Shown in pieces: positions 40,069-53,681 of a stretch of DNA of 64,000 nucleotides. The stretch spans positions 124,001 through 188,000 of IMG/VR virus record IMGVR_UViG_3300028840_002431. One strand, 5' to 3'. A model generated the notes under the pieces. The model made no database searches and was not told the origin of the DNA. It was given only the letters and a program-made list of their open reading frames with translations. How positions within the stretch are numbered: the stretch's first letter is position 1; each line of letters opens with the position of its first letter. The translations under genes and the position numbers were made by a program.

Positions 40069-42875
40069 TGGCTTGGGTCGAAGTCGATGGTCCCACCAGC
40101 ACCTTTCCAAAGGAGGACATCCTTGGTTTCTGCGACATTTGCAGACGTAAGATTACCCGCACCTCCGGTCAACTCCGAGGTGTCGCCTTTATGGGCCGCA
40201 CGGGTGTCGTTTGCTCCGACGAGTGTCACAACAAGTGGCAGAAGAGCTTTGGCCCCAAGGACCTCTGGGACCATCTTTTGGAGGACGATTAGTGGACTGG
40301 TGGACATCAGAATCCCAGAGGCTCCGTAAGTCGTGGAACCGAGCCAGATACAAGCCTCGTTGCCGTGTCTGCGGTGCCGTCTGGACCACCGTGGAGAAGG
40401 CCAAGGGTTGCGAACGTAGCCACGGATACGGACACTATTCCGTGGTGAGCGGGGTGACTGCCCTTTGCCCTCTATGTAAACAGTCGTTCACCCCTGAGTT
40501 CGCCGGTCAACAATACTGTGCTCACGATTGTGGTCACTACCCACCCCTGACATTATGGAGAGCGTTGAGAGTTGATTTTATCAACTAAGGGTCCCGGTGT
40601 AAGAATACCTAGAAGCGATAGCTTTTTCGGATAATGAAGCTAGACGATCACAAGTTCAGACGGACTTCGAGTCCCATCCTCCGGAAGCGGTACTCGTGGC
40701 ATATTATGGAACGAGACGACAACATTCCCGTGTGCAAGCGGTACTTCGTGCCCGTTGGCGACCAAAAGTACGAAGAGGAGGTGAACACTCTCGAAGGGAT
40801 CAAGGGCAAAGTTTGCAAGAAGTGTTCTCAGATAGTCTCCCAGCGTATGTCTCTCTGGGACCATTTGGCGCGAGGCGAGACATGAAAGGCTATGCGTTCA
40901 AAGACGGCCCGGTCGTCAGAGTCGTTATCACAGCCGACATGGACAAGGCCCTCCGGAGGCTCGAAGAGATCACGGGCGAGCGGATTAACCGTCACGAGAT
41001 AGTCATCCTCGATGAAGACTCCGTCCTGACGATTGAGTACCACGTAGACTTCGACGGGCTTCTGGCCCCGCTTTGCCCCGACAACGTCACCATCACCGAT
41101 GACAAGACCCGAGTCCTTTGGGACCACGTCTCCGAGACGGGAGGCGACGAATGAGGGCCTACATCTGGCAAGACGCCATGGAGACCGTGGTTGTTATGGC
41201 CTCAAGTGGGATAGAGGCCGCCGTTCACGTTTGCGAGGTCATCAAAGCACCTGTCAAGCCCTCCGATCTCGTCTCCGTGTGTGTGGACCAGACCGTGACA
41301 ATTCCTTACAACAAGAAACGAGACCCCGTATACACAAGGCATAGAAGACGTTCGAGTAAGCCACTCCTCTGGGATCACTTGACGGACGGCAAATGAGTAA
41401 ACGGTATTACAAGATTCAGATCTTCCAGAGGGACGTTAATCACCCGGACCAGGGTACGTGGGCAGACTTCCCGTTAGCCGGGACAATGGGCTACGACGTG
41501 ATCCCGTCCTCTTTTACCACCCACAACGCGGCTAAAGACATCGTGCGACGATGGGCGCTGAAGCCAGAGGACGGCTACCGGATAATCGAGTGTGAGGGGG
41601 CGGACCTCTTCGATCACCTGAGGTGCGACAATGCCTAAGTTAGACATAAAAGTCATCCACATGCCCTCCCCTGGCATGACCCGTTGCATCACCTGTGGCG
41701 AGGAGGTTCCCGTCTCCGAGGCCGCCATGAATATCCCGGTGCCCAACGGGGGCGGCTACGGCCTTTGCTCACAAGCCTGTGAAGAGGTCGATTTCCGGAC
41801 GGCCATGCATGAAGACGTTCCCCGTAAGCTCAACCTTTATGACTCTCTCCGCGAACCCGTCTTTGCTATTTGCGGCCACTGCCGACAACCCATCGAGGGC
41901 GACCCACCCGTCTGCCAGTGTTATGATGGTAAGAAGACATTCCACGACAAGAACCTCTGGGATCACCTGAAATGAACTGTCAGGTTTGCAACACCCCTTT
42001 GCCGGAAAGGATACTCCCCGGCTTCGTTAACGGCTTTCGGGTCTATGTGTGCTCTAGGGAATGCCTCTTTGAGCGGCAACGTAGGGCGAACTTTATGAGA
42101 GTGCGTCTCCGGATGGTGACGGTCAAAACCCTCTGGGATCACTTGAGAGATGAGAGATGAATATCCTTAGTCAAATCGCGGTGGTACTTCTCCTGGCCCT
42201 GGCTATCACTGGCCTCTGGGGTCTCGTTCTATTCCTGGGGTATCGGCGGGAACTGAAACGCTGGCTCAAGATCGGTAAGCCAAAACCCAAGAGCGAACTG
42301 ACCCTCTCTCAAAGCTGGAAGGACGAAGGCTGGGAGATTCGAGAGGAGAACGGCGTCTCGTACAAGGTCCTTCCCGAAGAGAAGTTTCTGGGCCGACCGG
42401 GTATCCTACGATTTGACACCCCAAAGAAGCTACAGCGCCGTGAGTGAGCCGAAACGTTACAGAGTGCGTATCTGGAACACGGACCAGCAAAACTGGGTAT
42501 ACAACGTGCTCTCTTTTGCCTCTCTGGGCGACGCCCTGACTGAAAGCCGTCGGTGGTATGGGTCCAAGTGGGACCGTTACTGGAACAAAGAGTATTTTCA
42601 GATCGTCCGAACCGACACTCGAATCCCTGTGCGCCCCGCCATGTTGGCCGGACCATGCACCCTCTGGGACCACCTGAAAGAAATATGAGTCAAATCCCCC
42701 AACCATGGGCACACAATCAGTGTTCTGTCTGCGATAAGCCCCTTAAAGCCGCCGTGTGGCACCAGGATGTGAAGACGGCCTTGGTCATCTGCTCCAAGCG
42801 GTGTTATGAATATTACCTCCGAGAGTCCAGGTGCGGGAACTTCCCGCTGACTCTGTGGAGGTGTTTGGAGAACAC

Positions 42876-43721
42876 GTGACATTATCCGAGATTGTGCCTT
42901 TATACGAGACTCAGGAAGAGCGGACGCCGCCGCCTCCGTGGGACAACTGCGAGAGCGCCGTTATTCCCGATCTGGTTAACGTCTACTTCCCGACCGGCGA
43001 TGCTTTCCGTTGGTATGCCTTGGAGCGCGAGGGTGATGGACTCTGTATCGAAGAAGTCTACGTCGATGAAATAGGCACTGTGAGCCAGCGGCTAGGATAC
43101 GAGATTGAACAAGCCGACTGGACCGACATGATGGATCTTCCATGGACCACTGATGAGAAAATCCAATGGGCTGTGGAAGAGGGTATTGCTCCAGGGCAAC
43201 CCTTTCTGATTCGTTTCGGGGAGCCAGACCATTATCAGACCGGTGGTTGGGACGGCCCTGTTGAGTACGACGTTAACTACGACACTGAACTTGTCCGGGT
43301 CATCCCGTGGCCAGCCGAACGTGCCGCCTCTGTTTGGGAGGAATTTTTCGCCGCACGTAAACGGATGCTTGACTACAGGGCCGAGTGCCAAGCGCGTTTT
43401 GACGGGCAGATCGGGCACCATCCGGAGGTAATGAACCTTCGCAGAACCCGGTATTACGGCGCGAGTTGTTATGACGAGATGTGCCCACCTAACGGTGTTC
43501 GTTACACTCTGTACTCCGAGTATGAAATTGAGGCCACCCTCTTTGACCACCTCAGGGGCCTCGTTCCCTATTATATGAAGGGCAAGGCCATCTGTTCTGG
43601 CGAGAGCGACCAGGGGGACGAAAAGGCTGCCAAAGAAGCGCTCGTTAAAAAGGTCTTGGGGATGTATCCTCATATGACCAGGGAACAGGTTCTGGGTTTC
43701 CCGGTGAAGGATCATCTCTAA
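42876..43721 (+). CDS. Acidic hypothetical protein with internal TLFDHL
   Basis: 281-aa ORF; GTGA overlap. Confidence 0.7.
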   Translation: MTLSEIVPLYETQEERTPPPPWDNCESAVIPDLVNVYFPTGDAFRWYALEREGDGLCIEEVYVDEIGTVSQRLGYEIEQADWTDMMDLPWTTDEKIQWAVEEGIAPGQPFLIRFGEPDHYQTGGWDGPVEYDVNYDTELVRVIPWPAERAASVWEEFFAARKRMLDYRAECQARFDGQIGHHPEVMNLRRTRYYGASCYDEMCPPNGVRYTLYSEYEIEATLFDHLRGLVPYYMKGKAICSGESDQGDEKAAKEALVKKVLGMYPHMTREQVLGFPVKDHL

Positions 43722-44964
43722 TGAAGTGTAGGATTTGTTACACTCCTCTGAGAATGGGTATGGTCCCTGTCGAGGTAGGCCATGTCGCGATCCACGTATG
43801 CTCCGAGGGGTGCCTTGACGAAGCTCAGAAGCGGAAAGCCGCTTTGGGAGAACAATTCGAGGAACTTGTCCGAAACGCCAACTGCCTCTATTGCAAGACG
43901 CCCTTCGTTCCCTGGAAGCCGGAACAGATCTGGTGCTCCATGGTGTGTAAGGATCTTCTCCGGACGGAGGGCGTTCCCCGGTCTCTCTGGGACCACCTGA
44001 CGGCCGACTTCTGACACTTTTCTCGACTTTCGGCCCAACTACTATTGACAAAAATGCCTAAAAAGCGCACACGATCATAGGAGGCGGGGAACTCGCCTCC
44101 CAGATGTAAATGGAGGTGGGTATGAAATACAAGTTGTATTGGATCATGGCGTTGTTGGCCATGCAGGGCTGCCACATCTACAGTAACGGTCGGAAGGCCG
44201 ACGATGGGAAAGCCATTCTCTGTATGATTCTGGGCGCTCTCTGTCTGGCTGGCGCGGGCAACGAGCATATGGGTGGCGCTATCATCGTCATCTTCGGTTG
44301 CGCTCTCATCCTCTACGGGTGTCTGCCATGATCTTTGGAGATGACCCCAAGAGCAAGGCCGACTTCTTCGAGGCCAGTGAGGGTGAGGTAGACCGGCGCA
44401 AGCTGTATCTCTGGAAAGACGGTAAAGGGACCCACGCCTGTTTGGCGAATACCTTGAGCGAAGTGATAAAGAAGGCCAAGGCGATGGACCGCTCTTTCCC
44501 GATGTCAAACTACATGGTCGTCTCGCACGAGACGTTGTTGAAGATCTGCGGTTCCCTCAAACACCACATCGTGGCCATGGGCGAACACGACCTCTGGGAC
44601 CACCTGATGGAAGAGCAAACTTCGGAGAAGAGCATCAAGGATCAGATAACGGCCGCCTTTGTCGAATATAACGACTGCCGGTTCGACGGTTACGAGATCC
44701 GGCTAGGCGCTGATTATTACCGGGGTCAAACGGTGGGCCGTATCGGTTTGGTGGACTGTACAGCACCGAACGGTGCCAAGTGGTTCATCATAAGAACCGA
44801 CGACGGCCACATAAGATTCGAGCCGACCCTGGTTTGAAAAGGTCCCGACGCCCGCCCTCCGTACCGTCCAAAGCAGGAGGCTCCCACGGAGCGCCGGGAC
44901 CAACCGTATTATTACACCAAATTTCCTCTTCACACCAGAGCTTCTCCGGTGTAATATCTGACCC

Positions 44965-45114
44965 ATGGGCAATAAAGTAGAAGTTTACGACTTGGAGTGC
45001 GAGCTTGAGTACATGAAAGAGACCATGTACAAGGCGCTGGCACTGCCTCCCGAGATGCTCGAAGCCCCTCCTCCTAAAAACAAGACCCTCTGGGACCATC
45101 TCCGGGAGACCTAG
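44965..45114 (+). CDS. 49-aa LWDHL-tagged microprotein (not in ORF track)
   Basis: MGNKVEVY...KNKTLWDHLRET; CGGTGTAATAT upstream. Confidence 0.65.
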   Translation: MGNKVEVYDLECELEYMKETMYKALALPPEMLEAPPPKNKTLWDHLRET

Positions 45115-46568
45115 ATGGAATACTACTGGACAGCGGCGGCCGTCTTTATTGTCATGTTCTCATCGGCCTACGCGATCATCTCCAATATGGCCCGTGGCCA
45201 TAGGATGGAGATGGCTAAAAAAGAGGAGCGTTTGAGAGAACTCAACAGAGAGCTTCTCAAACAACAAGACGTTCTCTCGTCAGTCCGACACAAACTAGCG
45301 GCAACGGAACGAGACAACAAGTATTGGAGGTCGCGTTTCTTCGAGATCGTCAGACCGAACAACTCGAAAAAGGGCGACACGGAGCAACCTGAGGTGAGTC
45401 TCTGGGACCATCTAACGGGGTGAACATGGGCGATCTCAAAAAGGTGTTAGATTCGTGCCCGACCAACGTGGCGTTGGGTTACGCACGCTCACGGCCGAAC
45501 GAAACTGACGAACTCGCGCCGCCCGAAGAGGTGGTCGTCGTCCTAGCGTTCACGGAGAAGGGCTTTGGTTTCGGGGAGGTGTCTATCCACCAGACCCAAG
45601 AGGGCGTCTTTCTCGACACGGAGTGCATGTCCCTTGATCGGGTGAAGCGTTACTTCAACTCTCTCTTGGACAAAGCGATCCTGGACACCGACGAAGATCC
45701 TGAGCGCCACAAACTATACAATCGAGTAATGGGTCGTCATTGCGGCGACGGCTGCCCTGTATGTAACAATGGATAAGACTCAAACGGCACAGATAGACCT
45801 GGATTTCGAGAAAGCCGACGGGTGCTGCCGTTGCGGGCGTACACAGAACGATGACGATGGCTCTCAAGTCGAGTGGGAGTGTCAGATTTGCGATCGGCTC
45901 GTTTGCCGACATTGCACAATGACGATTCCCCACAGCGTTCCTAGGGAGTACTACGAGATGACCCTGTGCTCGCCTGAGTGTTGGGAGAAGGCCGGGCGTC
46001 CTGATGAGTGACGAGTTTTACTATTATTGTTGTGCCAGGGGGACCCGCTACCCCGGCACCAACGTTTACCACGCCCTGAACGAAGCCGGGGATGGTCCTG
46101 TTTGCGGTACCCCTATCGAGGAGTCCAACTTCGCCATAATGGATTTACCTCCCAAATATGGCCGGAAGTGCAAACGCTGTTTCAGAGACCTATGGGAGCA
46201 TTTGAAGTAACCATGGCATTCTGTACCAACTGCGGCGCACCATTCGGCTCCGACAACCAGCGGCTCGAAGACGGCTGTCGTAAGTGTTCCTGTATGCATT
46301 CCCATGTCGCCAAGTGGTTGGACCGATACAAACACGAGATGATCAACCCCTACAAGGCCGGGTTGTCAGCCGCCCCACTGTTGAGGCAGCTACGCTCCGA
46401 GGGTCAAGTCATCTACTGCCCTCGTTGCGCCAAGGAGATTGATACGATAGACCCCTTGGCCCAACCGACAACCGACAACGAGGGGCGGCGTCCTTACGCT
46501 GTCTACTGCGACTGTGGCTCACCTGTGATCGCCACCAAACCTCAAACCCTCTGGGACCATCTTAACGA

Positions 46569-46853
46569 ATGACCGACCCGAGAATACTATCCCCCGAGAC
46601 AATCGAGGCCGGTCGTATGTTAATGCTGCGCGGCAGCCGAAAGGCTTTCCTTTACTGGGCCGCACAGAACTTGCGGCATATAAGCTACAAAGACATCCGC
46701 CGTATACTCGATCGGGACCCCATTTGGGAAAAGGCAGCACTAGCGTCAGAGCGCGATGTAATCTTCACTACCCTGATCGACCACTACCACAAACTACTGA
46801 CCGAGAACCCGGTAGGCAAAAACAGAAACCTCTGGGACCACCTGAAAGACTGA
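46569..46853 (+). CDS. 'GR..F..W' helical family protein, LWDHL-tagged
   Basis: Similar to 51771-52058, 54109-54780 and 55673-55933. Confidence 0.65.
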   Translation: MTDPRILSPETIEAGRMLMLRGSRKAFLYWAAQNLRHISYKDIRRILDRDPIWEKAALASERDVIFTTLIDHYHKLLTENPVGKNRNLWDHLKD

Positions 46854-49800
46854 TATGCCCCGGTGTATCGCATGTGAAAAGGATTTCGAGAGCGACACCC
46901 GTGACGGGTGGGCATGGTGTTATGATTGTCTCCCCGAGAGCGCCATGACTGAACAGGAATGCTCGTGGCCACAGCCAGATCGACTTCATCGGGTTCGTTC
47001 GCTGCTTTCACGATAACGAGGTCGGAGAAACCATGATCGTTGTCCTCAAGGTAGCCACTGCCCTGTTGGCCCTGTTCGGCCTGATATGCCTGTTGGACGC
47101 TGCCCGTATAATCGTCCGACACTTTTGGAGACGGATGCGTAATGGCTGAGTTACATTCACACCTGGACCTGGAGTACCACGAGGAGCGGCTGAACCTCGA
47201 CAAAGAATACACCAAGGCACGTCACTGGAAAGAAGAGTACATCACGAAGTTAGAGAAGGAGCCTCTCCACGTTGACTTGGCCCGTCGTGTTAAAAAGAAG
47301 ATGGCCGAGATAAGGCGGCCACTGACCCTCTGGGATCATCTGAAAGATGAGTCCTTTCTGGCGGTGTAATATATCTGAAAGGCAAATCATGGCGAAGAAA
47401 GACGAGAATTCACGAGAGTTAAAACCGGGCGAGATCGACGAAGCGCTCAACTTTGTCCAGGGCTTGTTACAAGGCGGCTCCCCCGATGCGAATATGGACA
47501 ACCCCATGGTTGCCGGTGTTGTCCGCACAATCGCCCCCAAGCCCAACCCCGGCTTCACAAAAGGTGAGCCGATGAACCGAGCCGAGTTCCGGAGCCTCAA
47601 GCCGGGCGACTGGTTCTGGGTCTACTGGGCCAAGGACGATAACCCGGAAGATGTTCGGTTTAATAACCCGGAACAAGTCCTGGAGTTCGTGCCGGGTGTT
47701 GGTAGAAAAAAGGGCTACGTCCGTACAGAGGACGCCGACTGGGAAGAACCAATCGACGAAACCGGCAACGACGCCGACACGAGCCGGGGTTACGCCTACT
47801 ATTACCACGTGGAGAAATAGGAGTTAGAAATGGTCTACTACTTTCTGAGTGTGCTGGAGAGCCTAGACTCAGCCTTGGACATCGTGGTCGGTGTCGGCTT
47901 TCTGGGTATTATTGCCTACGTCGTCGGGGGTGTCATCAAAGCCAGCGAGGAGAGCGCTTTCCTCCAACGTATCGGCCGGATCGCCGCCATAACCGGGATG
48001 GTTGCTCTTGGGGTTGACGCCTTGGTCCCCACCCAGGAACGGCTTCTCCGAGCCTATCTCATGGTCCATGGGGCAGAAGCGCTCGAATCCAACAACTCGA
48101 AACGGGCTGTCGAAGACTTCACCGAACGGGTGGATGCGATCGTTACCGCCGTGCAAGCGTCCAACCGGGCACTCGAAGGAAAGACATACTGATGGCTCTG
48201 AAGGATGAGTACTACAACTTCGTCCTGGACGAAGAGCCTCCGGACCCACCCGTCGAGAAGCGGATTCTCTTTGCCATTGTTCAAGACTTCACTGACCGTC
48301 GGGGTCTCCGTCAGGAGTGGGAGCAAACCGACGAAGATATCCAAGACGAGATGTTGGAGACGTGGCTTCAACTCATAAAAGATAACCTGGGGAGTTAGAA
48401 TTATGCTTCCCTGTGACCACGGCCGGTGTGAGGTATGCGAGAAGGTCTACTGGATTCCAGCCGGGGTCGGGCCAAGGTTTTGCTCCTCTGGGTGTTGGGA
48501 GTACATGGCCATGGAGTCGTTCCTTAAGGAGTTCCACTACCTCTCGAACATGAAACTATCTCTCTGGGACCACCTCAGGATAAGTTAGAATGATCAACTT
48601 TCTCTGTAAGCTGGGTTTGCACCGATGGGTTCCGAGCACCTACCACGACTGGTGTTTTTTTGGGATCAATATCACTTGCGCCCGCTGCCACGAACCACAC
48701 CCGGCTTATATCACCAGACCTGAGGACGAATGCTCCGAGTAAATAAAATACTCAAAGACGCCATAGCGGCCGACACAGATAGTCTTAAAAAGGTTATCCG
48801 CGACTACAAGGATCAAGACGATCTTGACGACACAGAGATTGACATCCTTGTCCTCGTTTGCGCTCTGCACCAAGCCAGAGTTGATATGTTCAAGGCTCTG
48901 GATGGAAAATTTGCTCTCCACAAGCGGTTAGCCAAGATCGATGTTTCACGTGAAACGCCGGACGGGGCCGCTATCGAGACCGTGTACCTCCCGGCCAATT
49001 GTGCCCACATGCGGACAGACGGTGCTCACAGTTATTGCGGTATCCAGAAGGGTGAGCACTTCTGGCCCTCCGAGAAACCACACGATCGCCAGTGGTGCCC
49101 CTTCTGTGTGGAAGTGGCCGAGCACCGTGTGCCGCCCCAATTTCTCCGAGAGACTAAGATTGTTTGGGGCATTTAACTAACTTGAGGCAGACATGTCAGG
49201 GAACAAGAAAGACCACGTTGAATTTAACTACTACCCAAAAGACGCCAGCCCTGGTGACGGGACTTTGCGCCGTACTGTGCTCTTAAAAGATATCGCATCC
49301 GTTGACGAAAGAGACAAAAGGACGTGCGTCGTTACCATTGGGCGCAGAGACAGTACTAATATTTTGGTCAACGAGCCGTACGACTTTGTTATTAAAAGAC
49401 TTGGTTGGACCAAAAGGATACGGCGTAAGAGGGAGAAGAAGGGGAAGGAGAACGGGAACCAATGATTTATGTCGCTTTCATGGGATTGGCTGTCATTGCT
49501 ATTTTAACAACTGTGGCGGCCCACTACTACTCCAAGGCTTCCAAGTCCGAGGCCGCGCTGAGTGGTATCAAGGCTCAACTAGAACAGGCCGAGAACCAAA
49601 GAAAGATCTTCGCGGAGTCCAACCGCCGGATCATCGAACAACTCGAAAAGGTCCGTAACATGCTCAAGGAGGGTAAGACCATGAGCACCATCGAATCCGA
49701 GTTGGAGCGTATGGAGGAACCGGAAAAGACTCTGTACGATCATCTACAAGAGGAACGCCCTCAAGAGGAGCCTTCTTAGTTTTATCAACTATGCCTCTCA

Positions 49801-51226
49801 ACGTCTCTAATATAGAAGCTCAATGGGAAGAGATAAGCGCCAAGATAAAAAAGCTAGAGGAGACGCACGGGCAGATCAAAATAAACCATGAACGCATCAC
49901 TGCCCTAGTTGAAAAAATGGCTGCCGAAGAGGCGGCCAAGCCTAAAAAGACCCTTTGGGACCACCTGAGAGGCAGTTAGTTTTAATGGAGTTCCGGGCTA
50001 AAAAATCAACTGCTAAACCTGTCGTTCATATGGCGGGGCCGGTTCGTGAGACAGAGGGTAAGAGAGTCCAATTATGCCGGTGGTGTTATAAAGTGCTCGC
50101 TACCGAACATCGAGACCGATGGGGGCAGATAGTCAGCGTGGTGGGTGTATTTCAAGAAGGCGCTTTGATCCGTGAGCGCTCCGTAGCATCTTTCAAACTA
50201 AAGAATCCAAACGGCCCCCCAGACCCTTTCTGCTACCAGGACCCAGCGACAGATAGAAACCTCTGGGGACACCTGATGGAGTGACGGCCGTTTTATCTTG
50301 AGCGTCGGTGTAATACTTGATAAATTGACAAACGATGGTGAGCGTAGGTGACATAATTACACGTGGGGTTGAGCGCTTCGCGGTCATGGATGTCCGCCGC
50401 TCGCCACACCACATCCCTCCCGAGACTACCCACGCCACGATGTACGCGATGGGACAGGATATTGTGATCAACTGGACGGCCGCCAAAGGGATATTTAGCG
50501 CCGGGGACCGAGAGGCTAATCTTCTAGACATCGACGGAACTGTTGTCACCGTGTCCTTGAAGCCCATACCCAAGTTTCGCCTTCCGGGCAGCCAAGAAGC
50601 CAAGCTTGAGGGGTGCAACTGCCCTGTCGCGGACAATGCGTTTGAAGCACCAACGTCTGAAGCCCCGGCCTCCATATCCAGTTTCCGGTTCGTGTTCCGA
50701 AACGATTGCCCGGTGCATGGGACGGACCTCACCCCCGACGAACCCTTCTCCCTACGAACCCTCTGGGATCACGTAAAGGAAACATGACCAACGCTGAAAA
50801 GAAACTGACAAGCGCCCTACTCCGACTCGCCTCCGAATCTTACTCCAACCACGGGTGTAATGATTTCAACGTCTGTGAGGAGGCTGGACTCACCCCTGAG
50901 GAGGCCGACGATCTCTGGCATCAGCTAGGCGCGTGGGACGATCCGGAGCTTGGCAACAGGTCAGGCCCCATTCACACGGATTGGCTTCTCATGCGGTATC
51001 TGGCCGACTCTCTGGATATGGAAACAGCACCTTGACCACCTACCCTCACAAGTGTGCCATGTGTCAGGAACCGTTCTGGCACAAACCTATCAAGCGTGAG
51101 GGTAAGAAGCTCTGGTGTTCCTGGGATTGCTGGGACTGGGACACGAACGAGTGTGCCCCGACCATGGACCTCTGGCACTTCGTAATGGAAGGGGAGTAAT
51201 GTTGCCGCCCCGGTGTAATATATGGT

Positions 51227-51499
51227 ATGAAGTGGTTCTACAAAAACGTGCCGTATTTTGGCATCGTGGCTCTCAGCCAACAGGCCCAGCGTCAGGCCCG
51301 AAAACGTAGTATCAGCGACAAGGAGATTGCCGACGCTCTATATTTCGGCAAGCAACGGCGTATCGACTACGGTAGAGCCGTCGAGTTCGACGGCGTCCAA
51401 CTTAAGATCATCAGACCCAAGGGGAAAGCTATCGACCTCGTCTCTAACGTAAAGCGTGTCAATTTCTACTCCCTTTGGCACGCCGTGATGGAAGCATGA
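51227..51499 (+). CDS. DUF4258-like (RNase toxin fold) protein with variant tag
   Basis: LSQQAQRQARKRSISDKEIADALYFG; ends SLWHAV. Confidence 0.5.
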   Translation: MKWFYKNVPYFGIVALSQQAQRQARKRSISDKEIADALYFGKQRRIDYGRAVEFDGVQLKIIRPKGKAIDLVSNVKRVNFYSLWHAVMEA

Positions 51500-53681
51500 A
51501 GGAGTGTAAGGGGGTTATGATGCGCAAGTTGGAGCCGAAACACATCATTTTCCTAGCCGCCATTGCGGCTATCGTGCTCATAAACGCTATCAACGCTATA
51601 ACTAAGAAGCCCCGAGAGTCCGCCTGTGCTGTTTGCGTGAGAAACAACGCGCCTGTGGAGTGTGAAAAGATCTGTGCCATCGAGAACTCTGTTTCCGAGG
51701 GAGCGAGACTCAGGCTTCTAAGAGAACCCAAAAACCCAAAAGCTAAGTCCGACGGCTGGTTGGGGGAGTAGTGGCAAAGCTAAGCCCCAAAACCATCCAG
51801 GATGGCCGAGACCGTCTAGCCGCGTATGGGCCGACTGACCTCTTCTTCCGCTGGATGAAGGAGAACTTTCCAAAGCTCAACCACCGGGCCTTACGAACAA
51901 CGTTTGAAAAGATCCCACCTAACGACACCGAACGCCTCTTTACCCTTTACGACATGATAGCCCAACACTACGATACCAAGGGTCGGGCCAAGGCGTGGGC
52001 CACACTTATTGTTGCTATCCTCTGGGGGATCGCCAGCCTCTGGGTTCTAATGAAATGACCATCTCGTTTCCCGCCAAAGCAGACCGCCTGTGTAAGATAT
52101 GCGGTGGCCAATGGCACTCCAAGCGTTCGAAGGAGTGCCCGGCGTGCGTTACCGACTGCCCTACGTGTGGGAAACGCTACAGCCTACGCTACAAGAGGTG
52201 CCCCAAGTGTAACCGCAAAGAGAACCGCAAACACCCGTTCCTACGAGGGGTCAAAGACCTTTGGGACCACCTGAGGATCACCTGATGTCCGACACCGACG
52301 ACGAAAGAGCCATGAACTGGTTGAGGGCACACCATCCCGACGCCCTGGAAGTGGAGCACCGGCCCTTCTATCTTTCCCGGCTCGTCCCTTGCACCATCCG
52401 GTGTTGGCGCGTCGGCGGCCCAGTTACTCTCTCGAATGACGGCGTCTGCCCGGAGTGCGGAGCCACGTGGCACACGACGCTCTGGGAGCACCTGGAAGTG
52501 GAGCCTTGATATGCCCAACCTGAAGACAAAGATGCCTCTTTTTTATGAACTCCCGAAGGAGGCTACCGTCGAAATTGTCTCCACGACGGGGAGCATACCG
52601 CTCACACAAAAGTTCGCGTACCATTACGCCCGAAGTTCCCGCAACTTTGTGCCTGTCGTCAGCGCAAAACCCTCCAACAAGAACCTCTGGGACCACCTCC
52701 AAGAAACATGACACCCCAACAGAAACTCCAGTGTTGTATGTGTGACGAGGATCTGAGCGGACGTTTTAAAGTCCAGGACCGGGGCTACTACTTCTGTGCA
52801 ACATGTTACGACGCTCTCCCTCTCTGCAAGACTTGTAAGCGTGTGATTTTACCCGGAGAAGATGCTCTGGAAGGACTTTGCGACGAGTGTTATGTGACCA
52901 TCTTGCACAACGGCAAGGAGCCGCGTCCGAATCGTCCACGCCCCAACCGAGATCTGTGGGACCATTTGACGGAGGAGTCTTGATATGCCCCTGAACCTCT
53001 ATGACTGCGTCTCTGACGAAGCTAACGTGTCCGTGTGTAAGAAGTGTAAGAAAGCTCCGGAGATACTGATCCCATGGCGTACAAGCCCAAGGGAAAAGAA
53101 CCCGCTCATCTGCGTTAAATGCCTCGAAAAAGAGTTCGGGAGACTCCAGAAGATCGTCAAAGCTGTGGCGTCGATGCTCGACCTGCCGAAGACCGCCAAG
53201 CTGAGCGACTTTACGGACCACCTGTCCAGGTTGAAGAACGAGCGTGACGAGTACCGACGGTGGCACGACGAGTTAGCGAGTCAATTTGAAGAGGCTATCC
53301 AGACGTTACGTGAAGCCATGGTCCAAGCGCCCTCTAGGTTCATAGGCACGATGGTTGTAGCGGCGGAGAAGGCCGAACCCAAAAATAAACGGCGAAAGAA
53401 GAAAGCGAAACCAAAACAGGACATGAAAGTATATACCGCCGTGAAGGACGACGTGGACATTGCCCTTGGCATTTTCGATGACATATAACAAACAAGGGTA
53501 CCCCCTGTGCGACGCAGGGCACCAGAGAAAGGAAAAGAAGACGTTTCTGGCCATGGACCCCGGCGTGGGTTCTGACAGTACGGCCATTTGCTTCTTTACA
53601 CTCGATACCGAAAAGCCTATATTGAGGTTTACCCTTAGAACGGCCCGCAAAACCCTCTGGGATCACATAAGGGAGAGTTAG

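Noticed and set aside
37741-44051. Long minus-strand ORFs (e.g. 37741-38625, 43092-44051) and similar antisense ORFs elsewhere
   Set aside because: They are shadows of well-supported + strand genes in GC-rich DNA, with no motifs or RBS.
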